Shown here: in pieces, positions 52,157 through 61,192 of the stretch
Numbering within the stretch: position 1 is the stretch's first letter
Layout: every line of letters starts with the position of its first letter
Assembly (NCBI GenBank): GCA_038137215.1
Contig: JAYQBG010000004.1
Coordinates: forward strand, 7,650-71,649
Source of the DNA: Alphaproteobacteria bacterium
GTDB lineage: Bacteria; Pseudomonadota; Alphaproteobacteria; UBA6615
Direction of reading: 5' to 3'
DNA length: 64,000 nucleotides
Made by a program: the position numbers and the translations under genes
Notes under the pieces: generated by a model
What the model saw: the letters and a program-made list of their open reading frames with translations, nothing else
What the model was told of the DNA's origin: nothing
Database searches by the model: none

Positions 52157-54535
52157 TTACTTCTCAACGAGCGCCGGTTCCTTGTCGCCGCCGTCACCGG
52201 GATCGTCCGTGTTCGGCTTCTTGCGCTTGTGCGGCCCCTTGCCGGAACCGCCCTTGCCGCCCGACCCCTTGATCGGCTTCTCTTCTTCCAGATCGAAGGT
52301 GAGTTCGCCTTCGGCGACGCCAACCTTGACCACGCCGCCCTTGGTGAGCTTGCCGAACAGCAACTCCTCGGCGAGCGGCTGCTTGAGACTCTCCTGGATC
52401 ACACGGGCGAGCGGACGGGCACCGAATTGCGGGTCGTAGCCCTTCTTGGCCAGCCACTCGCGGGCGTCGTCGTCCAGGGTAATGGTGACATTGCGGTCAC
52501 CGAGCTGGGCTTCAAGCTGCATCACGAATTTGTCGACCACCCGGCCCATAACGTCCTGGGACAGGTTCTTGAAGCCGATCACCGCATCCAGGCGGTTGCG
52601 GAACTCCGGCGTGAACAGACGGTTGATCGCCTCTTCATCGTCACCCTCACGCACGCCCGAGCCAAAGCCCATGGCCGGCTTGGCCAGATCGGCCGCGCCC
52701 GCATTCGTGGTCATGATCAGAATCACGTTGCGGAAGTCGACGGTCTTGCCGTTGTGATCGGTCAGCTTCCCATAATCCATGACCTGCAGCAGGATATTGA
52801 ACAAATCCGGATGCGCTTTCTCGATCTCATCGAGCAACAGCACCTGATGGGGATGCTGGTCGATGGCATCGGTGAGCAAACCACCCTGATCGAAGCCGAC
52901 ATAACCCGGCGGCGCGCCGATCAGGCGCGAGATCGAGTGACGCTCCATGTATTCCGACATGTCGAACCGGGTCAGTTCTACGCCGAGCGAACGCGCCAGC
53001 TGACGCGCGGCCTCGGTCTTGCCGACACCGGTCGGGCCGGAGAACAGATAGGCACCAATCGGCTTTTCGGGTTCGCGCAATCCGGCACGTGCCAGCTTGA
53101 TTGCGCTGGACAGGGCAACGATGGCATCGTCCTGGCCGAAGACCATGGTCTTGAGATCCCGCTCGAGATTTTCGAGCTGGGTCTTGTCGTCCCGGCTGAC
53201 GGTTTTCGGGGGGATGCGCGCGATCTTGGCCACCACGGCCTCCACATCCTTTACGCCGACCGTCTTCTTGCGCTTTGAGGGCGCGAGGAGTGACTGGGCC
53301 GCACCCGTCTCGTCGATCACATCGATGGCGCTGTCGGGGAGCTTCCGGTCGTTGATATAGCGCGCCGACAGCTCCACCGCTGTCCGGATCGCCTGATCGG
53401 TGAAACGAATGTTGTGATGCTCTTCGTAATAAGGCTTCAGGCCACGCAGGATCTTTACGGTGTCCTCGACCGAGGGCTCGTTCACATCGATCTTCTGGAA
53501 CCGGCGCACCAGCGCGCGGTCCTTCTCGAAGTAGTTGCGGTATTCCTTGTAGGTGGTCGAACCGATGCAGCGCAGCTTGCCGCTGGCCAGCGCCGGCTTG
53601 AGCAGGTTCGAGGCGTCCATGGCCCCGCCGGAGGTGGCCCCGGCACCGATCACCGTGTGAATCTCATCAATGAAGAGAACCGCACCGGGCATCTCCTCGA
53701 TTTCGTTGATCACCGCCTTCAGGCGTTCTTCGAAATCACCGCGATAGCGGGTGCCCGCGAGCAAAGCGCCCATATCGAGGGAAAAGATCGTGGCATCGGC
53801 CAGGACCTCGGGAACCTCACCTTCAACGATACGCTTGGCGAGACCCTCTGCGATGGCGGTTTTGCCGACACCCGGGTCGCCCACATAAAGCGGGTTGTTC
53901 TTGGTGCGGCGGGCCAGAATCTGGATCGTCCGCTCGACTTCGTGCTCACGCCCGATTAGCGGATCGATATCGCCGTCCTCGGCCTTCTGATTGAGATGGA
54001 CGCAATAGGCGCCCAGCGCCTCCTGCCCTTTCTTGACGATGGTTTCGCCGTCTTCGGCCTCTTCCTCGGCGCCGCGCACGGCCCGCGGATCTTCCTGCCC
54101 GGGCACCTTGGCGATGCCGTGGGAGATGTAGTTGACGGCGTCGAGACGGGTCATTTCCTGCTGCTGGAGGAAATAGACCGCATGACTTTCGCGCTCGGAG
54201 AAAATTGCCACCAGCACGTTCGCGCCAGTCACTTCTTCACGGCCCGAGGACTGCACGTGAATGGCGGCACGTTGCAGCACACGCTGGAACCCGGCTGTCG
54301 GCTTCGATTCCTCGACCCTGCTCGTGATCAGGCTGGAAAGCTCTTCGTCGATGTATTCGGACAGATCGCGCCGCAAATGATCGATATCGACCCCACAGGC
54401 GCGCAGGACAGCAACGGCGTCCTGATCCTCCGTGAGCGAGAGCAGCAGATGCTCCAGGGTCGCGTATTCATGGTGCCGCTCGTTGGCCAACGCCAGCGCG
54501 CGGTGCAGCGATTGTTCGAGGTTCTGAGACAGCAT
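52157..54535 (-). CDS. clpA: ATP-dependent Clp protease ATP-binding subunit ClpA
   Basis: [43 protein letters not shown]. Confidence 0.97.
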   Translation of the reverse strand: MLSQNLEQSLHRALALANERHHEYATLEHLLLSLTEDQDAVAVLRACGVDIDHLRRDLSEYIDEELSSLITSRVEESKPTAGFQRVLQRAAIHVQSSGREEVTGANVLVAIFSERESHAVYFLQQQEMTRLDAVNYISHGIAKVPGQEDPRAVRGAEEEAEDGETIVKKGQEALGAYCVHLNQKAEDGDIDPLIGREHEVERTIQILARRTKNNPLYVGDPGVGKTAIAEGLAKRIVEGEVPEVLADATIFSLDMGALLAGTRYRGDFEERLKAVINEIEEMPGAVLFIDEIHTVIGAGATSGGAMDASNLLKPALASGKLRCIGSTTYKEYRNYFEKDRALVRRFQKIDVNEPSVEDTVKILRGLKPYYEEHHNIRFTDQAIRTAVELSARYINDRKLPDSAIDVIDETGAAQSLLAPSKRKKTVGVKDVEAVVAKIARIPPKTVSRDDKTQLENLERDLKTMVFGQDDAIVALSSAIKLARAGLREPEKPIGAYLFSGPTGVGKTEAARQLARSLGVELTRFDMSEYMERHSISRLIGAPPGYVGFDQGGLLTDAIDQHPHQVLLLDEIEKAHPDLFNILLQVMDYGKLTDHNGKTVDFRNVILIMTTNAGAADLAKPAMGFGSGVREGDDEEAINRLFTPEFRNRLDAVIGFKNLSQDVMGRVVDKFVMQLEAQLGDRNVTITLDDDAREWLAKKGYDPQFGARPLARVIQESLKQPLAEELLFGKLTKGGVVKVGVAEGELTFDLEEEKPIKGSGGKGGSGKGPHKRKKPNTDDPGDGGDKEPALVEK

Positions 54536-54598
54536 TTGCGAAGGTTACCTTTCGCGTCGGGGCTTCATCATCCGGTCGTTCGTTCCACTTTCAACAGT

Positions 54599-54970
54599 TC
54601 AGTCTTTTTCCAGCGTACATTGTAACGGGTGCTGGTTCTTGCGTGCAAAGTCCATGACCTGTGTCACTTTGGTCTCTGCAACTTCATAGGTAAATACCCC
54701 GCATATCCCCACACCCTTCTGGTGGACGTGGAGCATGATCTGGATCGCTTCTTCGTGCTGCTTGGCAAAAAACTGTTCCAGAACCATGACGACGAATTCC
54801 ATCGGTGTGTAGTCGTCATTGAGCATCAGGACCTTGTACATGGACGGCTTTTTCGTCCGGGTCCTGGTCTTGGTGGCCAGACCACTCTGGCCGTCCCCGT
54901 CACCACCAATCGCATCGTCGGAATCATCATCCCCGGCCGCTTTGGGCGGGGTATGCCGCTCGTCGATCAT
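54599..54970 (-). CDS. clpS: Clp protease adaptor ClpS
   Basis: [33 protein letters not shown]. Confidence 0.97.
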   Translation of the reverse strand: MIDERHTPPKAAGDDDSDDAIGGDGDGQSGLATKTRTRTKKPSMYKVLMLNDDYTPMEFVVMVLEQFFAKQHEEAIQIMLHVHQKGVGICGVFTYEVAETKVTQVMDFARKNQHPLQCTLEKD

Positions 54971-55092
54971 AATTTGAAGTCTGCGTAACATCATCTGCGT
55001 TGGGATACCGGTTCACTCGGCCAACAGTCTAACCGAGCCGGGAGCCACTGCAAAAGCCGTACGGCTCGGTGGCCGCCTTCCTAAATGAGTCC

Positions 55093-55191
55093 GGGGCCTG
55101 CGAAAAGCAAGCCCCGAAAAGGCGACGGCCCGGCCAGAAATACTGCGCCGAGCCGTCTAAAGCCGACGTATTGGGAGGAGAGTTACGCGGC
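55093..55191 (-). ncRNA. Candidate structured phasin 3'-UTR/sRNA with an anti-SD loop
   Basis: Minus-strand hairpin GCCGCGTA-ACTCTCCTCCCAA-TACGTCGGC over the phasin stop, followed by two strong GC hairpins (55124-55157, 55093-55115). Confidence 0.35.
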
Positions 55192-55719
55192 AATGGTGTT
55201 CGAGAAGGTGGCAACAGCCTTGTTGATACGCTCGTTGATCGGCTGAGCTACCTGATTCGAGACCTTCGTCGAGATGTCCTGCAACTTGGCTGTTTCCGCG
55301 AGGAAACCGTCGAAGGCGTTCTTCGCCCAATCAGCCTGCATGTCTATCAGGTCCTGCGGGTTCTTGGCGGAACCAAGGTTTTTCGCAGCGGCCATGTTGG
55401 CTTCGGCAGCCTTTTGAGCGTAAGCGGCGATTTCCTTGCCGACAACTTCGAAACTCTTGGCAACGATGTTGGAGGAGACGATCATCGCCTCGACATTCTC
55501 GCGGTTGAAATCGGAAACCTGATCGAAATTCTCGAACGCGGACTTCTGGGCCTTGTCCATCTGCTCGCGAGCCTGGTTGTAAACCTCCTCGTAGCTTTTC
55601 GCGAAAGCATCCGAGCCAGCCTTGAGAGCTTCGTCAAACGTCTTTTTCTGAGCTTCGGCAACTGCTTCCAGGGTTTCCTGAGCCGTCGTCGCCGCGCTGT
55701 TTTTCTTCGTGGTAGCCAT
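55183..55719 (-). CDS. phaP: Phasin (PHA granule-associated protein)
   Basis: Ala/Lys-rich helical protein with FNRENVEAMIVSSNIVAKSFE, AKNPQDLIDMQADWAKNAFDGF; GGAAGG RBS; typical position next to clpS. Confidence 0.88.
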   Translation of the reverse strand: MATTKKNSAATTAQETLEAVAEAQKKTFDEALKAGSDAFAKSYEEVYNQAREQMDKAQKSAFENFDQVSDFNRENVEAMIVSSNIVAKSFEVVGKEIAAYAQKAAEANMAAAKNLGSAKNPQDLIDMQADWAKNAFDGFLAETAKLQDISTKVSNQVAQPINERINKAVATFSNTIAA

Positions 55720-55742
55720 GATAGACCTTCCTTCTGATTTTG

Positions 55743-55885
55743 TGCGCTGCATCACACAATGGGTATTGGGCTCGCGATCCAAAAATATACCAAGCCATTG
55801 ATATCTTTAATTGCTGCACTGCAACATCATCCGAATATGGTCGCGGCAGGCCGAACTGTCAACAATATTTTTGTGCGCTGCACCA
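55743..55885. promoter_or_regulatory. Three PhaR (AniA)-type operator boxes
   Basis: TGCGCTGCATCA (55743), TGCACTGCAACA (55815), TGCGCTGCACCA (55874); match the TGCRNYGCASMA-like PhaR motif with 0-1 mismatch. Confidence 0.65.
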
Positions 55886-56028
55886 TTTTTATCTCGCACT
55901 CGCACTATTGTCGGTTTTCCGGGCTTTTCAAGTCCGATGGTCTTTTGACTCAAAGGGCGGCATGCGTAGATGTTGTGCCGGACCGTTGATTTCGATGGCT
56001 GATAGACTTTTGAGCGGGCAAGTACGAA

Positions 56029-56787
56029 ATGACCTATTGTGTAGCCATCAAAGTGCGCGAAGGAATTGTAGCTCTCGCCGATTGCCGTCTCACCTCGGGC
56101 ACCCGGGTGACCGTTGGCCGGAAGATCACGCTGCATGGCGAACAGAACAAGTTCTTTGTCGCCACCTCCGGCCTCCGGTCGCTGCGCGACAAGACCCTGT
56201 CCTATCTCGAGCGCGAGATGAAGGATCTTGATGCCGACAATTTTCCCACGATGCTCGATGCCGTGGAGGCATTTTCCAGGCATATGCGCGCCGTCGCCCG
56301 ATCCGACCTGGAATACCTTCAGGACTCAAATCTCAAGTTCAACCTGCATGCACTTATCGGAGGCAAACTGGCCGAAGACCGACACTCCCACGTTTACCTC
56401 GTATATCCGGAAGGGAACTGGATCGAGGTTGGAGAGCGCACCCCCTATCAGGTGATCGGGGAACCCCCCTACGGCAAACCGGTCCTTGACCGCGCCCTGG
56501 ACTACGACACCCCGCTCTCCAAAGCTCTGAAACTGTCTTATCTGTCGTTCGATTCAACCCGGGCAAGCGCGTCCGATGTGGGCTTCCCGATCGACATCAT
56601 AACCTTCAGCAATGATGACCAGACATGGCGCGAAGCGCAGTACATCGATGACGATGTTCGCGCGCAGCGCTATTGGTGGAATGATAATATCACGCGGCTC
56701 GCGCGCGAGATGCCCGATGGACCCTGGGTTGACGATCTGTTGGCCGCACCGCTCTGGGTCGTGAACGGAAAGTCCGACGCAATTTAA
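56029..56787 (+). CDS. Proteasome-type (Anbu-like) Ntn protease
   Basis: MTYCV N-terminus (Thr1 after Met removal), D at the DxR position, RK, VYPEGNWIE, KPVLDR, SFDSTRASASDVGFPID. Confidence 0.85.
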   Translation: MTYCVAIKVREGIVALADCRLTSGTRVTVGRKITLHGEQNKFFVATSGLRSLRDKTLSYLEREMKDLDADNFPTMLDAVEAFSRHMRAVARSDLEYLQDSNLKFNLHALIGGKLAEDRHSHVYLVYPEGNWIEVGERTPYQVIGEPPYGKPVLDRALDYDTPLSKALKLSYLSFDSTRASASDVGFPIDIITFSNDDQTWREAQYIDDDVRAQRYWWNDNITRLAREMPDGPWVDDLLAAPLWVVNGKSDAI

Positions 56788-56972
56788 CAGACGCCGCGCG
56801 GTACATTCGGGTACGCGTTTCGATCAGTCGGTCGCGGATTTTGTCACGCTTCCTGTCACGCTTGCGCGCTGAACCCCGGAACAAAACGTATAAAAACGAA
56901 CAAAATTGCCAAGCTTTTCCCTACACCGGGAATTCGGTACGCGCCAGAGCTATCGGCTCTCGGGTGTCGCGA

Positions 56973-57803
56973 TTAGCGTGCGCCGATCCAATCAACGGCC
57001 CGCCGGCTCCATTCGCCACCCGGATTTGCACCGACGCCAAGTACCGAAAAGTGCGTTTCTCCCGCCATCTCCAGCGTTTCAACATCTGCACCAGCTTCCG
57101 CAAGTGCACTGGCGAACTCCTTGGCCTGAGGGATCAGGAACGGATAGTCGTCACTGCCCCAGGACACCAAGAAGGGCGGCGGGGTTTCGGCGAGCCGATA
57201 GAGCGGACTTTTCTCCCGACCGTCATCCCCCTCTTCCAGGCACGGCGGCGGCCAGCTGTCCATGTCGGCATTGGAGGATACGTCGTAAACCCCTGAGATC
57301 GGCAGACAGCCCTTGATCACGTCCCGTGGCAGTCCGTGACGAGCCTGCCAGTCCCGAGTGACCGCAGCCTGGGCCGCGTAGTGCCCACCCGAAGAGTGTC
57401 CTCCGACGAAGATTCGGTGTGCATCCCCGCCATGCCGGTCCACATTGGCCGCCAGACAGGCGATGCCGTTGCAGATATCCGAAAAACCCTGCTCATAGTG
57501 ATTGGGAGCCAGCCGGTGCCCCAGACTCGCGAAGGTGATGCCCGCATCGTGAAAAGCCGGCGCTATAAACGCCATGGCCTCCTTGTGGCCACTCGACCAG
57601 CGCCCGCCATGTATGAACGTAAACACCGTTCCGTTGGGGTCGTCCGCCGGGTAGATCGAGATGTGCTGGTAGATATCGTCACCCCAGGCGATATCCACGC
57701 CCTCGACATCCCGGCTCCGCTCCCAGAGCTCGCTCTGGAATTCCAGAATTGGTTCCGGGCGCGGCACCTGCGGCGGATAGTCTTCTCGTCTCAATAGCGG
57801 CAT
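56973..57803 (-). CDS. Alpha/beta hydrolase (HSL/kynurenine formamidase-like)
   Basis: FIHGGRW, GHSSGG nucleophile, ISGVYD, ETHFS. Confidence 0.88.
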   Translation of the reverse strand: MPLLRREDYPPQVPRPEPILEFQSELWERSRDVEGVDIAWGDDIYQHISIYPADDPNGTVFTFIHGGRWSSGHKEAMAFIAPAFHDAGITFASLGHRLAPNHYEQGFSDICNGIACLAANVDRHGGDAHRIFVGGHSSGGHYAAQAAVTRDWQARHGLPRDVIKGCLPISGVYDVSSNADMDSWPPPCLEEGDDGREKSPLYRLAETPPPFLVSWGSDDYPFLIPQAKEFASALAEAGADVETLEMAGETHFSVLGVGANPGGEWSRRAVDWIGAR

Positions 57804-57827
57804 TACATTCCCCCGGTAATGTCCTGT

Positions 57828-58499
57828 TCAAAAGCCACGAACGGTGCCGTCGCCTGTCTGATTTATCTTGATATAAAACACGCCGTCATCAAACCCCTCG
57901 ACAGGCATTGCGTCGCGAAAGTCGATATCCGTGCCATCCAGAGCTCGAAGTTCGGATGCAAATTCGAGCGCGTTCACACCGACACGGTCCTGATCGAACG
58001 CCCAAATTCGGAATGATCCGGCAGAGCATCCTGACACGATCCAGTAGAATTCATTGCTGGCAAGTTGCTGGCCAGCAGAAGCCGGCGCCCGCTCCGCATC
58101 GCGTGAAAGTGCATCCACGATGTCCGATGCCTGCTCGTTCGAGATGCTGGCGCGGGATTCCGCCAGCGCCCATGGTCCCAGAGGGTCCTGAATACGAAAC
58201 CCGGAAACATTCCCGGGTTCATTGCGCACGCGCGCGACCAGGTCCGCACCGGCATCAACCCCCTTCATGTCATAGGCACGAATTTGTTTCTGGTACACCG
58301 CGTTATAGACGAACCGAAAGTGATCCCGGCTGCCAGCCGCGCAAGACGCCTTGATATCGTCGCCCGCGACATAGCTGAACCAGGTCAACGAGCGCTCAAT
58401 GGGATTGTCGGCGCTTCCACTGTAGGTCGTGCAGGAAACCAGCAGACCGGCGCAAAGGAACAGTGCGAGTTTCGCTGTCGGGCAACTTTTTGTGAGCAT
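57828..58499 (-). CDS. Putative lipoprotein of unknown function
   Basis: Lipobox-like LLVS-C after a hydrophobic stretch; TWFSYVAGDDI, FRFVYNAVY. Confidence 0.7.
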   Translation of the reverse strand: MLTKSCPTAKLALFLCAGLLVSCTTYSGSADNPIERSLTWFSYVAGDDIKASCAAGSRDHFRFVYNAVYQKQIRAYDMKGVDAGADLVARVRNEPGNVSGFRIQDPLGPWALAESRASISNEQASDIVDALSRDAERAPASAGQQLASNEFYWIVSGCSAGSFRIWAFDQDRVGVNALEFASELRALDGTDIDFRDAMPVEGFDDGVFYIKINQTGDGTVRGF

Positions 58500-58601
58500 G
58501 GAACCTGGTTTAGTGAAGAGTTAATCAAGACATGCTATTTACATGGTTTCGAAGCAATGACTAGAAGTTGATTCAATTGAAAGAATCAATCTTGGGCTGA
58601 G

Positions 58602-59858
58602 TTGATGGAGCCTCTGGTGGTGTTCAAGAGCCTGCGCGAAACGTTTGTGCTGCCGGTCAAAGCGGCTTTTTCCGCATGGACCAGTGCACTCACATTGATG
58701 CTGCTTGCCATCTTCCTTACCGCATCGCCGGCCGCGGCCAACTCCAAATATTCCGCCTTTGTGATGGATGCCGATACGGGGCAGGTCTATTTCGCACGCA
58801 ATGCCGATACCCGACGTTATCCGGCATCGTTGACGAAAATGATGACCCTCTACATGGCTTTCGAGGCCCTGGACAGCGGCAAACTGACCTTTGATCAGCC
58901 GCTTCCGGTATCGCGCCGCGCCGCCGGTCAGGCCCCGTCCAAACTGGGCCTTAAGGCCGGACAAACCATCACCGTTGAACGGGCTATCAATGCGCTGGCC
59001 GTCAAATCTGCGAATGACGTGGCCACTGTTGTCGGTGAAACGATCGGCGGGACGGAAGCCAATTTCGCGCGCCTGATGACGAAGCGTGCACGTGCCATGG
59101 GAATGAAGCGTACGACCTTTATGAATGCTTCGGGCCTGCCCAACAGCCGTCAAAAGAGTACGGCCCGCGATATGGCCCGCCTGGGCAAGGCACTGCTGGA
59201 AGACTTTCCCGGCTACTACAAGTATTTCTCGAAGCTGACCTTCAGTCACAGAAACCGCACCTATCGCAGCCACAATAAGCTGTTGCGGACCTATGAGGGT
59301 ATGGACGGCATCAAGACCGGCTATATCCGGGCGTCCGGATTCAACCTTGTCGCCTCGGCCAAACGTGACGGTGTGCGCCTGATTGGCGTGGTGTTTGGCG
59401 GGAAAACCGGACAATCGCGCGATGCTCATATGGCATCCATTCTAAACCGCTCCTGGGCCCGTGCGCGGTCCAATTCGACCATGGCGGCACTGCCACGTCC
59501 CAAGCCGGGGCTTTCCGGCGAAACCCCGGCTCAGAAGGCCCCCACACCCAAGCTCGCGTTGGCCAGCCCTTCGACGGATGTGCGCTGGGGTGTCCAGATC
59601 GGAGCCTTTCGTGGTTTCAGCAAGGCGCGCGCAGCGGCCGGCTTTACCGCTAAGCGGCTTTCGGATTTGCCTGTCACGGCAACCGTGGAAGTGACACCGC
59701 TTCATGGTGAGCGGGAAACACTTTACCGCGCCCGGATCATCGGGATGGATCAGAGCGCGGCCAGCACCATTTGTCGCGAGTTACGCCGGTCCGGCGCTCC
59801 CTGTGTCATGGTCACACCCAGCGGCGACCTGCAGATCGCCGATGCAGGACGCAGCTAG
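58602..59858 (+). CDS. D-alanyl-D-alanine carboxypeptidase (peptidase S11) with a C-terminal SPOR domain
   Basis: PASLTKMMT (SxxK), SAND (SxN), DGIKTGYIRASGFNL (KTG), WGVQIGAF. True start may be downstream of 58602. Confidence 0.93.
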   Translation: MMEPLVVFKSLRETFVLPVKAAFSAWTSALTLMLLAIFLTASPAAANSKYSAFVMDADTGQVYFARNADTRRYPASLTKMMTLYMAFEALDSGKLTFDQPLPVSRRAAGQAPSKLGLKAGQTITVERAINALAVKSANDVATVVGETIGGTEANFARLMTKRARAMGMKRTTFMNASGLPNSRQKSTARDMARLGKALLEDFPGYYKYFSKLTFSHRNRTYRSHNKLLRTYEGMDGIKTGYIRASGFNLVASAKRDGVRLIGVVFGGKTGQSRDAHMASILNRSWARARSNSTMAALPRPKPGLSGETPAQKAPTPKLALASPSTDVRWGVQIGAFRGFSKARAAAGFTAKRLSDLPVTATVEVTPLHGERETLYRARIIGMDQSAASTICRELRRSGAPCVMVTPSGDLQIADAGRS

Positions 59859-59886
59859 CCCAATCAGAGGTCCGTAAACGGACAAC

Positions 59887-59921
59887 AAAAAAGGCCCCGC
59901 CAAGCTGACGGGGCCTTTCTT
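59887..59921. terminator. Bidirectional intrinsic terminator
   Basis: AAAAAAGGCCCCG-CCAAGCTGA-CGGGGCCTTTCTT between convergent genes. Confidence 0.82.
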
Positions 59922-59938
59922 ATATTTCCTGTAACGAA

Positions 59939-61051
59939 TTATTCCGCGGCTTCGGACTGGCCGATGGCCTCATTCACACGCGGCATGACCTCTTCCGCCA
60001 TAAGCTGCATCGAACGGCGGCCGAGATCTTCGTCAACCCAATCCATGCCGGCATAGACCAGTTCACCGAAGTCACCGGTCACTTCGCGGAAGGCCAGAAT
60101 CTGGTCCACCACATCGTTGACCGTGCCCTGAATGACAAGGTCATCCATGATCCGCTCAATGTTCAGGGCCTCATCGGGCTCGTCCCGCCCGTGCTTGAAC
60201 ACGGCGTGACGACCGGCCTTCTTCAGCTTCGAGAAGATCTGGTTGTAGTAGAAGCGATACGGGCTGTTGGCATCGTCGCGGCCATAGGCGCGTGCCGTCG
60301 CCGCGTCATCGGCCACAAAGACCGTACGCGCAATGCGCCAGTCCGACGGGTCCGCCTTGATACCGACTTCTTCCTTGCCCTCGGCGTAGTTCTTCCAGTG
60401 GGTCGCAGCCCACTTGTCGAGGAGGAAGTTCGCCGACAACGGGTGGAAGTCCCGCTTGCCCATGGCAATAACGCCCTTGGAGAACGGGGCCACCACCGTC
60501 CCGACGATTTCCGGACGGGGGCTCTGATAGGGCTTCGGCATGATGCCGACACCGGTCTCGGCAAAGATCGTCTTCTCGGTCGAAACCTTGAAGCGATTGC
60601 CCGGAAGATCGATGTTGTAGGGTGGGTCGCGTTCCCAGATTTCCAGAATGACGTCGATCGCCTCGGCGAAGAGCTGGTTGCGATCTTCATCCAGAATGCC
60701 CAGCGCTTCGGCGTCGGATGTCAGCGCGCCCGGGCTGATGCCCATTATGAAGCGGCCCTCGGCGAGATGGTCGAACATGGCCGCATGGGTCGCCACAAGA
60801 GTCGGATGCAGATGTGAGAGATTGGTTGTGCCGGTTGCCAGCTTGATCTGCTTTGTGGAGTGGATCAGCGTGGCGTGAAACAGCATGGAACTGGTGATGT
60901 TCTCAGCCGCATCGGAAAGATGCTCGCCCATGAACGCATCATAAAATCCGAGTTCGTCACAAAAAATGATCGCCGCGCGATCTTCCTTCAGCGTCTCGGT
61001 GTAGTTTCGGTTCAACGGGTGAACCGGCATTGCGAAATATCCAAGTCTCAT
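59939..61051 (-). CDS. LLM-class (luciferase-like) flavin-dependent oxidoreductase
   Basis: MRLGYFAMPVH, MGEH, IKLATG, FDHLAEGRFIMG, RRSMQLMAEEVMP. Confidence 0.9.
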   Translation of the reverse strand: MRLGYFAMPVHPLNRNYTETLKEDRAAIIFCDELGFYDAFMGEHLSDAAENITSSMLFHATLIHSTKQIKLATGTTNLSHLHPTLVATHAAMFDHLAEGRFIMGISPGALTSDAEALGILDEDRNQLFAEAIDVILEIWERDPPYNIDLPGNRFKVSTEKTIFAETGVGIMPKPYQSPRPEIVGTVVAPFSKGVIAMGKRDFHPLSANFLLDKWAATHWKNYAEGKEEVGIKADPSDWRIARTVFVADDAATARAYGRDDANSPYRFYYNQIFSKLKKAGRHAVFKHGRDEPDEALNIERIMDDLVIQGTVNDVVDQILAFREVTGDFGELVYAGMDWVDEDLGRRSMQLMAEEVMPRVNEAIGQSEAAE

Positions 61052-61192
61052 CGCGACCTCTCTTAATGACTGCGGTTTGTTCAACCCGCTATACGCAATT
61101 TAGCGGTTCCGGACCAAATCCGCGAACCTTCAATTGGAAATGATCTTGTGCCGTAGTTCGGTGATCCGGGTCAATCGACCGAATTGCCGCGC

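Noticed and set aside
52157-52290. Gly/Lys-rich ClpA C-terminal tail ([18 protein letters not shown])
   Set aside because: Variable low-complexity tails are usual on alphaproteobacterial ClpA; nothing supports a separate function.
56871-56905. GAAC repeats as an alphaproteobacterial LexA box
   Set aside because: Spacings are N4 and N15, not GAAC-N7-GAAC.
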